Shown: positions 17,163-27,234 of the stretch, in pieces
How positions within the stretch are numbered: position 1 is the first letter of the stretch
Layout of the letters: each line of letters opens with the position of its first letter
DNA from: Pedobacter sp.
GTDB lineage: Bacteria; Bacteroidota; Bacteroidia; Sphingobacteriales; Sphingobacteriaceae
Direction: 5' to 3'
DNA: 64,000 nucleotides
NCBI GenBank assembly: GCA_036677005.1
Contig: JAKFBV010000069.1
Span: forward strand, 3,147-67,146
Notes under the pieces: model-generated
The model's input: the letters and a program-made list of their open reading frames with translations, nothing else
The model's database searches: none
What the model was told of the DNA's origin: nothing
Program-made: the position numbers and the translations under genes

Positions 17163-17285
17163 TTTAAATCTGCTGAATTTCTGAATATTATACATGAATG
17201 ATGCCATAATTATATAAGATTCTTCACTTATAGCCACCATATTCGTATATTTAATTAACTACCAAAAATAATTCCGGAATTTTAA

Positions 17286-17963
17286 ATGAAGAACTTTACT
17301 AAAATACTATTCGCCCTCCTGTTTACTTTCAGCTGGACTATTCAAACCATTCAGGCACAGTATGTTGAGGATTTCAGGGCTAAAACGGTGCTTGAAAAAC
17401 ATTATACTGATGTCAAAGGCAGCCCCTGGCTTAGCGATGACTGGGTAATGGGTATGGTAAAATTGGGGAATGGATCCACCTATAAAGATGTCCCTTTAAA
17501 ATATGACCAGGTTTCCGGTGAACTCATTTTCAGGGATAAATCAGGTAAGTCTCTTGCTTTTGCTGACCCGGTATCAGAATTTAAAATTTCTGATGCCCGG
17601 AAAGGTGAAATGTTATTCAGAAGCGGATTCAAGGCTGTTGATTCCAACACAGGACAGTCATTTTATCAGGTACTTTATGATGGGGGAACAATCCTGTTGA
17701 AGGATATAAAAAAAAATATCATTGAGCACAGAGCATATAATTCTGCAAGCACTGTGAAGTCGATCGTTGAAACTCCTGCTTATTATCTGATATTGAAAGG
17801 GCAGCCGGTAAAGATCAGGAAAGATAAAAAGGCTGTTCTGTCAGTTTTATCTCAAACCGATCAGCTTGAAAAATACATTAAAGACAATAACCTGAACCTG
17901 AAAGATGACCCGGATCTCATTAAGCTGATCAGCTTTTACGACAGCGTGAAGGATCTGACCTAG
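17286..17963 (+). CDS. hypothetical secreted protein
   Basis: 225-aa ORF with a signal peptide (TIQTIQAQ). Confidence 0.7.
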   Translation: MKNFTKILFALLFTFSWTIQTIQAQYVEDFRAKTVLEKHYTDVKGSPWLSDDWVMGMVKLGNGSTYKDVPLKYDQVSGELIFRDKSGKSLAFADPVSEFKISDARKGEMLFRSGFKAVDSNTGQSFYQVLYDGGTILLKDIKKNIIEHRAYNSASTVKSIVETPAYYLILKGQPVKIRKDKKAVLSVLSQTDQLEKYIKDNNLNLKDDPDLIKLISFYDSVKDLT

Positions 17964-19420
17964 ATCTTGTTCCAGATTGTACCGTCTTTATTATCCTTAA
18001 GTTGAATTCCTATTGAGTTTAAGCCTATCCTGATCTTATCTGAAGTAGCATAATCTTTATTTGCTTTCGCTTCAGATCGCAGCTCGATGATAAATTCGAG
18101 CAGTTTACTCATATCGTCAGTTTGGGTACTTTCTTCCTTCAAGCCCAAAACCCCAAAAACGAAATCGTTCATCAGTTTTTTCAATCCCTCCAGGTCTTTT
18201 GCTGTTGCGGCGGTCTTGCCGTCAAAGATGCTATTGATGAGATGTACCGCTTCGAATAATTCGGCAATAAGAACCGGACTGTTAAAGTCATCGTTCATGG
18301 CTGCATAGCATCGTTCGGAAAGGCTTTTAAGATCCATTTCAGAATTGCCGGAAGGAATTAGTTTATCAAGCAGGGCATAGGCATTCATCAGGCGCTTAAA
18401 TCCTTTGTCGGAGGCTTCTAATGCCTCATTTGAGAAATCCAGGGTACTTCTGTAATGTGCCTGAAGCATAAAAAAGCGAACAGACATAGGCGGGTAGCCG
18501 CGTGATAACAGTTCATGCTTACCGGTAAATAATTCATGGGGTAAAAAACCATTTCCCTTAGATTTCGACATCCGGGTACCATTTACAGTCAGCATATTGG
18601 TGTGCATCCAGTATTTTGCCGGCTGCAAATGGTTGCATGCCTGTGATTGTGCGATCTCATTGGTATGATGAGTTGCGGCAAGGTCCATTCCTCCTCCATG
18701 AATATCAAAGCTGTCACCAAGGTATTTACTGCTCATAGCGGAACATTCGATATGCCATCCAGGAAAACCAATTCCCCAGGGTGATGGCCAGCGCATTATA
18801 TGTTCGGGTTTTGCCTTGATCCAGAGTGCAAAATCCAGCCGGCCGCGTTTTTCATTCTGGCCTCCAAGTTCCCTTGTGTTTTCTAACAGATCATCTAACT
18901 GCCTGTTTGTCAGGATAGTATAATTATATTCTTTGCAATATTTTTCAACATCAAAATAGACTGTCCCATTCACTTCATAAGCATATCCGTTCTTTAAGAT
19001 CTGCTTAATCATCTCGATCTGCTCAAGGATATGCCCGGTTGCAGTAGGTTCGATCCCCGGAGGCAGTGCATTGAACAGCCGCATGACCTCATGAAAGCCT
19101 AAGGTGTATTTCTGGACAATCTCCATAGGCTCTAACTGCTCCAGCCTGGCTTTCTTGGCAAACTTATCCTCACCTTCATCCATATCGCCTTCAAGGTGTC
19201 CTGCATCTGTAATATTGCGCACATATCTCACCTTAAAACCCAGGTGAAGCAGGTAGCGGTAAATCAGGTCGAATGAAATAAAGGTGCGGCAGTTTCCTAA
19301 ATGAACATCACTGTAAACGGTGGGTCCGCATACATATAAACCGACCAGTGGTGGATGAAGAGGCTCGAATTTCTCTTTAGTTCTTGAAAGGGTGTTATAG
19401 ATGACCAGGTTATAATCCAT
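17960..19420 (-). CDS. cysS: cysteine--tRNA ligase
   Basis: Has the HLGNCRT (HIGH) and KMSKS motifs at full length. Confidence 0.95.
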   Translation of the reverse strand: MDYNLVIYNTLSRTKEKFEPLHPPLVGLYVCGPTVYSDVHLGNCRTFISFDLIYRYLLHLGFKVRYVRNITDAGHLEGDMDEGEDKFAKKARLEQLEPMEIVQKYTLGFHEVMRLFNALPPGIEPTATGHILEQIEMIKQILKNGYAYEVNGTVYFDVEKYCKEYNYTILTNRQLDDLLENTRELGGQNEKRGRLDFALWIKAKPEHIMRWPSPWGIGFPGWHIECSAMSSKYLGDSFDIHGGGMDLAATHHTNEIAQSQACNHLQPAKYWMHTNMLTVNGTRMSKSKGNGFLPHELFTGKHELLSRGYPPMSVRFFMLQAHYRSTLDFSNEALEASDKGFKRLMNAYALLDKLIPSGNSEMDLKSLSERCYAAMNDDFNSPVLIAELFEAVHLINSIFDGKTAATAKDLEGLKKLMNDFVFGVLGLKEESTQTDDMSKLLEFIIELRSEAKANKDYATSDKIRIGLNSIGIQLKDNKDGTIWNKI

Positions 19421-19424
19421 GCTG

Positions 19425-19432
19425 CAAACTTA
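19425..19432 (-). promoter_or_regulatory. -7 box TAAGTTTG, 4 nt upstream of the cysS ATG
   Basis: Plus strand CAAACTTA. Confidence 0.4.
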
Positions 19433-19470
19433 AAAATTGATATTCGATTTTTCGGGGATAATGAAAGCTT

Positions 19471-20595
19471 TTATTTTAATTCCAGATCGGTTCTGACGGG
19501 GTAGTGATCGGATAATTTTTTGTCAATGATCAGGTAATTTTTTACAATGAATTCCGGTGATGTGAAAATATAATCGATCTGGAAGTTTGGAAATGCGCCG
19601 TTATAAGTGATGCCGAAGCCGCTGCCTTTCTCCCGGAAACTATTGTTCATTCCTTTTGAAATTGTTTTCACAGTATAGGAGATCGGGGTGTCATTAAAAT
19701 CACCTGCAACTATAAAAGGAATTGAGCATTTATCCGTGTTCTCTTTCACTATTTTAACCTGTTCAGCCCTTTTAATAAAGGCGCGTTTCAGCCTGCTTCC
19801 GATCTTTTTTGATGATTGTACATCCGTATCGATCTTACTGGTGACCTTTTTAAGATATTGATAATCCTCAGGCTGGAAATTGATTGACTGGAAATGCACA
19901 TTATAAACCCTGAATGTTTTTGCGCCCCTTTTAATATCTGCAAACACGGCTTCATTCCAGTTCATTTTTTTTGCAAACTGAATATTCCCATGATCAACGA
20001 TCGGAAACTTGGAAAAGATCGCCATTCCGATCGCCTCATAACCATTGTCTGTTGATGGCTTGAAATAGTAATGTTCGGTTTTGAGGATATCTAAGATTAG
20101 TTTCCTGAAATTAAACTCCCCTTTTTTTCTGCTGAAGAATTCCTGAAAGCATATAATATCAGGCTGCTCATTACGGATTATATCCAGGATCTGATCCTTG
20201 GTGAATTTATCATTCTTATCCCCGAACTGTTTAAAATTATGCACGTTATAGGTCATCACACGGATAAAGCTTTCGGAAGATTTAGGAACCATTATGGCCG
20301 TACTTTCTCTGAAGCCAACATAATTAAGCAAAACACTCCAGCCTGCAAGAATGGCCAGAGCCGAAATTAAGGCAAGACGGGGTAAACGGATAAGCCAGTA
20401 TAAAATGAAGAGGATATTTATAAAGAGAATTCCGGGGTAAGCGAGCCCAAAGAAAGCAGCGGGCCAGAAAGTACCCGGATCTGTATAGGAGGCCAGGTAG
20501 CTCATCAGGATTGAAAATACAGCCAGTATATTCAGGCTAAGGATGAACTTGCTGAAAATATGGATACCTGATCTCTTTTTCCTTCTGCCGGCCAT
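19471..20595 (-). CDS. membrane-anchored endonuclease/exonuclease/phosphatase (EEP) family protein
   Basis: N-terminal TM helices plus an EEP domain (TYNVHNF...GDFND...SDHYPV). Confidence 0.85.
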   Translation of the reverse strand: MAGRRKKRSGIHIFSKFILSLNILAVFSILMSYLASYTDPGTFWPAAFFGLAYPGILFINILFILYWLIRLPRLALISALAILAGWSVLLNYVGFRESTAIMVPKSSESFIRVMTYNVHNFKQFGDKNDKFTKDQILDIIRNEQPDIICFQEFFSRKKGEFNFRKLILDILKTEHYYFKPSTDNGYEAIGMAIFSKFPIVDHGNIQFAKKMNWNEAVFADIKRGAKTFRVYNVHFQSINFQPEDYQYLKKVTSKIDTDVQSSKKIGSRLKRAFIKRAEQVKIVKENTDKCSIPFIVAGDFNDTPISYTVKTISKGMNNSFREKGSGFGITYNGAFPNFQIDYIFTSPEFIVKNYLIIDKKLSDHYPVRTDLELK

Positions 20596-21446
20596 TATTT
20601 TTTACTGGCTTTAAATAATTGCTCTTTTTCTGTTTTATTCAGGCTCTCATATCCTGATTTTGAGATCTTATCCAGTATCCTGTCGATCGTATCCTGATCC
20701 GTAGATCCGCTGTTCACCGGATTAGCATTTGTGTTTTTTACTACTTTCAACTTTGATCTTTTTTTCAGTATATCACTCAGGTCCCTGCCCATTTGTACCT
20801 GTTTGATATAAATAAAGCCCAGCAAAGCGCCTCCGATATGGGCGATGCTGCCCCCCGGATTTCCACCGCCCATACTGATAATATCAAGGATAAAATAGGC
20901 CAGTGCCAGGTATTTTAACCGTACAGTACCGAAAAGCAGCAGGCGGATACTGAAATCCGGAACCAGTGTAGCAGTAGCTGCCACAATAGCCATTACACTT
21001 GCTGATGAACCTAATATAAAGGAATTCTGTACTATTTCATTAAACACCGGCAGCAGGTTGTAAGCAAGCAGATAGAATAGAGCGCCCATTAATCCACCGG
21101 CCAGGTAAGTGAAGATGAATTGCCGCTTATTCAGAAAATCCAGAAAAATTATACCCATCCAGTATAACCAGAGCATATTGAACAGAATATGAAAGAACTC
21201 CCGCTGGGTAAACATATAGGTGATGATGGTCCAGAATTTAAAAGGGAGTTCCGGCAGGTAGGCAGGCATGGAAAGCTGCCTGGTCAGCCAGCCCGCAGCT
21301 GCCGTATGGCCGCTTAATAAGTATCCTCCGGCAGCGAAAAGGTTAATGACAATAAATATCAGGACATTGATTCCGATAAACAGGAAAAGAGGGTTACCCG
21401 AACGGAATACCTTGTAGTATAATTCGCTGAAAACGGACTTCTTCAT
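20595..21446 (-). CDS. rhomboid-family intramembrane serine protease
   Basis: GSSASV and AHIGGA motifs. It shares 1 nt (20595) with the EEP gene. Confidence 0.85.
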   Translation of the reverse strand: MKKSVFSELYYKVFRSGNPLFLFIGINVLIFIVINLFAAGGYLLSGHTAAAGWLTRQLSMPAYLPELPFKFWTIITYMFTQREFFHILFNMLWLYWMGIIFLDFLNKRQFIFTYLAGGLMGALFYLLAYNLLPVFNEIVQNSFILGSSASVMAIVAATATLVPDFSIRLLLFGTVRLKYLALAYFILDIISMGGGNPGGSIAHIGGALLGFIYIKQVQMGRDLSDILKKRSKLKVVKNTNANPVNSGSTDQDTIDRILDKISKSGYESLNKTEKEQLFKASKK

Positions 21447-22189
21447 AAAAAATGATCACGGCGTTTTAGGTGCCATATTTTTACTAAGATAAAACCAAAT
21501 AGTGCTCCGCCCAAATGTGCAAAGTGCGCCACCGAGTCGCCCGAAAAATTCTTGACCCCAAGGAAGAGCTCCAGTAATACATATATGGGTATAATGTACT
21601 TTGCTTTGACGGGTACAGGAATGAACATAATGAACAGTTCCGCATTCGGGAACAGCATTCCGAAGGCTATCAGTAAGCCGAAAATGGCCCCTGATGCGCC
21701 TACCATGGGAGTCAGGTAAATGCCTAAGAGGGTTGAGGCCTCTTTCTGACTGATCAGTTCAGGGTTAAATGAGATCGTCCTTTTCAGGCTGTCCACCAGA
21801 AATGACCCGTTCTGAGTGATGCTTCCGCTGATCGAATAAACTTCAATACTCTGGACTAAAAGCTGTAAGCCGAGAGCACCAAGGCCGGTGATCAGGTAAA
21901 AGTTTAAGAAACGCTTTGAACCCATGATATATTCAATGGCAGATCCAAAGGTGTAGAGGGCAAACATGTTGAACAGGATATGGAATAAGGAGGAGTAATC
22001 GTGCATGAACATGTAGGTGATCACCTGCCAGATCCTGAAATCAGGGCTGTCAAAGTAATGAACCCCCAAAACCTGAGTCATCATCGGGCCGCCGAACATC
22101 AGGGTAGCGACATAGAAAATAATATTGATGATCAGCAGGTTCTTTACTACCGGTGGGATATTTGCAAAAGGGGATGTTCCGTTATTCAT
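21443..22189 (-). CDS. rhomboid-family intramembrane serine protease
   Basis: GASGAIFG and AHLGGALFG motifs. It overlaps the downstream rhomboid gene by 4 nt. Confidence 0.88.
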   Translation of the reverse strand: MNNGTSPFANIPPVVKNLLIINIIFYVATLMFGGPMMTQVLGVHYFDSPDFRIWQVITYMFMHDYSSLFHILFNMFALYTFGSAIEYIMGSKRFLNFYLITGLGALGLQLLVQSIEVYSISGSITQNGSFLVDSLKRTISFNPELISQKEASTLLGIYLTPMVGASGAIFGLLIAFGMLFPNAELFIMFIPVPVKAKYIIPIYVLLELFLGVKNFSGDSVAHFAHLGGALFGFILVKIWHLKRRDHFL

Positions 22190-22207
22190 ATGGAGATAGC
22201 GCTGATA

Positions 22208-24061
22208 TTATTTTTCAAATCGTTGTAATAGTTCTTCAAGGGTAAAGGTACTGATCACCGGCTTTCCGCTAAGCGATGTGTTGGGCATTTCACAGCCAAA
22301 TAACTCATCGATAAGCTGATTCATCTCTTCTGATGAAAGAGTCATACCTGATTTTATCGAGGTATTGCGTGCCAGTGCACGGGCCAGGCTGTCGCGTTTA
22401 TTCAGTTTCAGGGCACTTTGGTTATTCTTAAATCCTTCGATCAGATGTTCCAGCATTTCCACCTCAGAGATATTGGCTCCGATATCTGCAGGAATTCCTT
22501 CGATGATCACCGTGTTTTTTCCGAATTCACGTATCTGGAAGCCCAGCGACTGAATATCAGGCAGCAGTTCTTTGACAAGCTCAAAATCACCGGAATTCAG
22601 GCTGACAGTTTGAGGGAATAAACTTTGCTGACTGGCGCCCTGCCGGTTTTCAAGGTGTTGTAAAAAACGCTCATACAAAATCCGTTCATGCGCTGCCTGC
22701 TGATCGATCAGCAGGAAGCCCGATTTGATCTGAGAAATGATATAGCGGCTATGCAGCTGAAATATCTGCTTCCCCGTACTCTGATATACCTGGTTTTCTA
22801 TTTCGATCCGGCGACCTCCGGGAAGATCAAAACCTTTCTGCTGCGTTTCGGGCTGTACAATCTCGTATAAGGATCCCCAGTTTTTTGTGATGCTTTTTCG
22901 TTCTTCCCCGCTATTTCTGAGAAAGGGGATCTCCCGTTCTGCCTTCCCCGGTCCGAAAGGATTGAAATCGGGGTTGAATGTAATGCCCGGAGGCACAATA
23001 TCTTCATGTGCTTTTGGACTGATCATCTGGCTGAAACCGGTCTCCTGATTAAAATCAAGGGTCGGACTGATATTGTAACGGCCCAGAGATCGCTTTACCG
23101 CTGAGCGGATAATGGCATAGATGGCCTTCTCGTCCTGGTATTTGATCTCTGTTTTTGTGGGATGGACATTAATATCGATCTTCGAGGGGTCAATTTCGAT
23201 GAACAAAACATACAGCGGGTAACTGTCGGCGCTTAATACTTCTTCAAAGGCATTCAGTACCGCATGATTGAGGTATGGATCTTTTATAAAACGATTATTC
23301 ACGAAGAAGAACTGTTCACCCCTGGTTTTTTTTGCAAACTCAGGCTTGCCTATGTAACCTTTAAGTCCGATAATAGAAGTTGTTTCTTCGACAGGCACTA
23401 ATTTTTGATTATAGGCATTCCCGAAAAGGTGTATAATCCGTTGTTTCAGGCTCCCTTTTGGCAGGTGAAAAACTTCATTCCCGTCATGGTGAAGGGTGAA
23501 AAAAACCTCCGGATTGGCCAGGGCGATGCGCTGGAACTCATCATTCAGGTGTCGCATTTCCACAGGATTACCTTTCAGAAAATTGCGGCGTGCAGGGGTA
23601 TTGTAAAAAAGATTTTTAACACTGATGCTTGTACCCGGCATGGCAGAAACAGGTTCCTGGCTGATGATCTCTGAACCTTCGATCCGTATGCTGGTTCCCA
23701 GTTCATCCTCATGGCGGCGGGTTTTTAACTCAACCTGTGAGATGGCAGCAATCGAAGCCATGGCTTCACCCCTGAAACCCATGGTCCGGATCGCGAAAAG
23801 ATCTTCTGCTTTACGGATCTTGGAGGTTGCATGACGTTCGAAGCACATACGCGCATCGGTCAGACTCATCCCGCATCCATTATCGATGACCTGAATAAGT
23901 GATTTCCCGGCATCTTTAATCAGGATCTGGATCTTATCAGCACCCGAATCAATGGCATTCTCTATCAGTTCCTTCAGGGCTGAGGCAGGCCTTTGTACCA
24001 CTTCTCCGGCTGCTATCTGATTGGCAACAGAATCTGGTAAAAGCTGTATTATATCAGACAA
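22208..24061 (-). CDS. mutL: DNA mismatch repair protein MutL
   Basis: ANQIAAGEVVQRPASALKELIENAIDSGA is the GHKL ATPase N-terminus, followed by a MutL C-terminal dimerisation domain. Confidence 0.95.
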   Translation of the reverse strand: MSDIIQLLPDSVANQIAAGEVVQRPASALKELIENAIDSGADKIQILIKDAGKSLIQVIDNGCGMSLTDARMCFERHATSKIRKAEDLFAIRTMGFRGEAMASIAAISQVELKTRRHEDELGTSIRIEGSEIISQEPVSAMPGTSISVKNLFYNTPARRNFLKGNPVEMRHLNDEFQRIALANPEVFFTLHHDGNEVFHLPKGSLKQRIIHLFGNAYNQKLVPVEETTSIIGLKGYIGKPEFAKKTRGEQFFFVNNRFIKDPYLNHAVLNAFEEVLSADSYPLYVLFIEIDPSKIDINVHPTKTEIKYQDEKAIYAIIRSAVKRSLGRYNISPTLDFNQETGFSQMISPKAHEDIVPPGITFNPDFNPFGPGKAEREIPFLRNSGEERKSITKNWGSLYEIVQPETQQKGFDLPGGRRIEIENQVYQSTGKQIFQLHSRYIISQIKSGFLLIDQQAAHERILYERFLQHLENRQGASQQSLFPQTVSLNSGDFELVKELLPDIQSLGFQIREFGKNTVIIEGIPADIGANISEVEMLEHLIEGFKNNQSALKLNKRDSLARALARNTSIKSGMTLSSEEMNQLIDELFGCEMPNTSLSGKPVISTFTLEELLQRFEK

Positions 24062-24318
24062 ATTAATTCAGTTTATTATTTTAATGAGGTCCAAGCCTGG
24101 CAACACTCATCCTAACTATAATTCCATGAAAAACGCATGTTTAAAATAACGAAAATTTTTCAGAGTTCTGTTATTTGTGTTTTCCTGAGCCAAAGATAAG
24201 GTGTTTTAGTCTTATGGCTGGTATAATTAGAATATTGGGACGCATAATGTAAAGTATGCAATATGAAATTATTCATACTGCATAATCAGGGAGTATTTAA
24301 AGAGAATTAGTCCGGAGA

Positions 24319-25308
24319 TCAATTGAGCTGCTCAGGACTGAATTTTATAACCTTGTTCTTAACAGGTTTTACAGTTCGCAGATAAGCATAGATCGCTTTC
24401 AGATCTTCCTGCTTCATCGTACCAAACATCAACCAGGGCATGACGGTATTAAACTCACCGGGTTTTACATCGGCAGGTTTATAGGTACTGTCAGCGTAGG
24501 TTTTAAAGCGGTTTACAAAAAATTCTTCAGTCCAGCTGCCTATACCTGTCTCCATATCCGGGGTTATATTAGCTGAACGAACCACTCCGCCGCCCGGCAG
24601 GTTAAATTCATATCCGCCTGCCAGCTCCAGGCCCGGAACCGGATCTCCTTTTTCTCTTTGGGTGTGGCATGCAATGCAATCAGCCGAATTAAAAATGTAG
24701 GCACCATAAGCTGCAGGATTGCTCTGGTCAGGAATCCTGGTAAACTGAGCCTTTTGAGGGATCGTATTGATAATAAAATTCATGGGAAAATCAGGTTCCG
24801 ATTCAGGAACTATATTTTCTATAGGTTCCAGTGTACGGATATAGGCTATAATCGAATACAGATCCTCACGATCTGATTTTCCGTAGTTCGGATGCGGCAT
24901 CAGAGGGAATAAGGCTTTACCATCTTTATTAACCCCCGTAGAAATAGCCCTCAGAATTTCTCCGTCAGTCCAGTCTTTCAGCGCAAATGGTGTGATGTTT
25001 TTGGAATAAAACTTACCCGGAAGCCCAAATTCCTGATTGAATTCCTGACCTCCCTGCCCGAATGTTCCTTCCACCACCGGTCCTCCCAGTTTTGTCCAGT
25101 CCCTTTTAGAATGACAGTCCATACAGGCATTTACACTATTTGCCAGGTACTTGCCCCTTTCTATCCTTTTAGCTGTCAGTTCAACGTTGATATTTTCAGG
25201 ATCTCCAACATCCGGAAGTGCAAAACTGACAAAACCAAGCAATCCTACAATAGCGACAATGACTAATAAAACGATGTATTTAACACCTTTTTTAATTTTT
25301 TGTTTCAT
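24319..25308 (-). CDS. membrane-anchored di-heme c-type cytochrome
   Basis: Two CxxCH motifs (CMDCH, CIACH) after an N-terminal TM helix. Confidence 0.85.
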   Translation of the reverse strand: MKQKIKKGVKYIVLLVIVAIVGLLGFVSFALPDVGDPENINVELTAKRIERGKYLANSVNACMDCHSKRDWTKLGGPVVEGTFGQGGQEFNQEFGLPGKFYSKNITPFALKDWTDGEILRAISTGVNKDGKALFPLMPHPNYGKSDREDLYSIIAYIRTLEPIENIVPESEPDFPMNFIINTIPQKAQFTRIPDQSNPAAYGAYIFNSADCIACHTQREKGDPVPGLELAGGYEFNLPGGGVVRSANITPDMETGIGSWTEEFFVNRFKTYADSTYKPADVKPGEFNTVMPWLMFGTMKQEDLKAIYAYLRTVKPVKNKVIKFSPEQLN

Positions 25309-25565
25309 GTTACTTCAATTAATATATTAAATTTTAACGAAATATAAGACGCTTAGAAAAATCAAAAGTTACCCTCTTTGTTAAAAAATTTCAAAATATA
25401 TATTAAAAATAAAAAAAAATTTGAAATAACAAATAAGGTCTCTTCCTGACTTTAGCCTGGGAAATCAAAAACTGAAGGGGTTCAATGCCAGGGTTTTAAG
25501 CCGGCTGTAAACTCCTTGCTGATTTATAGTTGATTATTTTAGGGCTGAATTGTCTGTTCAAGATT

Positions 25566-25573
25566 TATATTTG
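25566..25573 (+). promoter_or_regulatory. -7 box TATATTTG upstream of the amidohydrolase gene
   Basis: Matches TAnnTTTG, 32 nt before the ATG at 25606. Confidence 0.4.
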
Positions 25574-25605
25574 CCGGGAAAGATCATTTCATCAGCGCTC
25601 AGAAT

Positions 25606-27234
25606 ATGGTACAGAATTTTCTTGTTTTAATAATCTCTGTTATTTTGATTTCCTGTGGTACTCAAAAGGAGGCCGACCTGATCGTGCATAATGCGGTGCT
25701 TTATACGGTAAATGACCAATTCATCATTGCTGAAGCTTTTGCTGTGAAAGATGGTAAGATCCTGGAAGTTGGAACCTCTGACGATATTCTGAAGAAATAC
25801 AAAGGAGAAAAGCTGGATGCCGGAGGAAAAGCGGTATATCCCGGTTTTATAGACGGTCATTCGCATTTTTACAGCTATGGTGAAGGTTTGCAGCATGCCG
25901 GCCTGGTCGGAACCAAAAGCTGGGATGAGATCCTTGAAAAGCTGAAAGTATTCAGCCTTGAAAACCCTGAAGGATGGATCATAGGAAGAGGCTGGGACCA
26001 GAATGACTGGGCGGTTAAAGAATTCCCTGATAATATTGAACTGAATAAGCTTTTTCCGGGTCGTCCTGTGATATTATCGCGGATTGACGGTCACGCTGCA
26101 ATTGCAAATAAGGCTGCGTTGGATCTGGCAGGGATACAAGCCGGACAGAAGTTAAATGGTGGGGAGATAGAGCTTCGAAATGGAAAACTCAGTGGGATAC
26201 TGGTGGATAATGCACAGGGGCGGGTCTATTCAAAAATCCCTCCTGCTTCAGGGAAGCAGATCAGGGAGGCTTTTATGGATGCCCAAAAGAACTGCTTTGC
26301 AGCAGGCCTTACTTCTGTGACCGACTGTGGTATAAGTTCTGAAATGATCCCGGTGATCGATGAACTTCAAAAGAGCAGAGAGTTAAAAATGCGGATTTAT
26401 GGCATGCTATCAGATGATAAGGCCAATTATGATTATCTTTTCAAGAATGGGGCATTTAAAACAGAACGTTTAAATGTTCGTTCATTTAAGGTTTACGCGG
26501 ATGGGGCACTGGGTTCACGCGGAGCCTGCCTGCTCGAACCCTATAGTGATAAGCCGGGATATTCAGGGTTTCTATTGAGTGATAAAAAACATTTTGCAGA
26601 GGTAGCAAAAGAAATAGCCGATGCGGGTTTTCAGATGAACACCCATGCCATCGGCGATTCGGCTAACCGGGAGATACTGAAAGTATATGCCGGGGTTCTT
26701 AAAGGGAAAAATGATTATCGATGGCGTATTGAGCATGCACAGGTTGTCAATAAGGCTGATTTTAAATTGTTCGGGGATAATAATATCATTCCTTCGGTTC
26801 AGAGTACACATGCCACCTCTGATATGTATTGGGCAACAGACAGGCTTGGCCCTGAGCGTGTAAAAGGTGCTTATGCCTTTAAACAATTACTGGATCAGAA
26901 CGGATGGATTGTATTGGGAACTGATTTTCCGGTAGAGAACATCAATCCCTTATTCACGTTTTATGCAGCAGTGGTTCGTAAAGATATGAAGGGTTATCCT
27001 GCTAAGGGCTACCAGATGGAAAATGCGCTTAGCCGTGAGGAAGCCTTACGAGGAATGACCATCTGGGCAGCAAAGGGTAATTTTGAAGAAAATGAAAAAG
27101 GCAGCATAGAGAAAGGAAAGTTTGCTGATTTTGTGATCCTTGATCAGGATATTATGAAATCAGATGCTGCCGGGCTGTTTAAGGTCAATGTTTTAAAAAC
27201 TTATGTCAATGGTGAGAATGTATATTCCAGATAA
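25606..27234 (+). CDS. amidohydrolase-family metallohydrolase (YtcJ-like)
   Basis: FIDGHSHF metal-binding start and overall Amidohydro_3-like architecture, with a lipoprotein-like N-terminus. Confidence 0.85.
   Translation: MVQNFLVLIISVILISCGTQKEADLIVHNAVLYTVNDQFIIAEAFAVKDGKILEVGTSDDILKKYKGEKLDAGGKAVYPGFIDGHSHFYSYGEGLQHAGLVGTKSWDEILEKLKVFSLENPEGWIIGRGWDQNDWAVKEFPDNIELNKLFPGRPVILSRIDGHAAIANKAALDLAGIQAGQKLNGGEIELRNGKLSGILVDNAQGRVYSKIPPASGKQIREAFMDAQKNCFAAGLTSVTDCGISSEMIPVIDELQKSRELKMRIYGMLSDDKANYDYLFKNGAFKTERLNVRSFKVYADGALGSRGACLLEPYSDKPGYSGFLLSDKKHFAEVAKEIADAGFQMNTHAIGDSANREILKVYAGVLKGKNDYRWRIEHAQVVNKADFKLFGDNNIIPSVQSTHATSDMYWATDRLGPERVKGAYAFKQLLDQNGWIVLGTDFPVENINPLFTFYAAVVRKDMKGYPAKGYQMENALSREEALRGMTIWAAKGNFEENEKGSIEKGKFADFVILDQDIMKSDAAGLFKVNVLKTYVNGENVYSR

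Noticed and set aside
19471-24061. mutL, two rhomboids and an EEP protein as a novel system
   Set aside because: The genes are tightly packed and probably co-transcribed. From memory this arrangement is common in Bacteroidota. Nothing in the sequence suggests a function beyond unrelated housekeeping genes sharing an operon.
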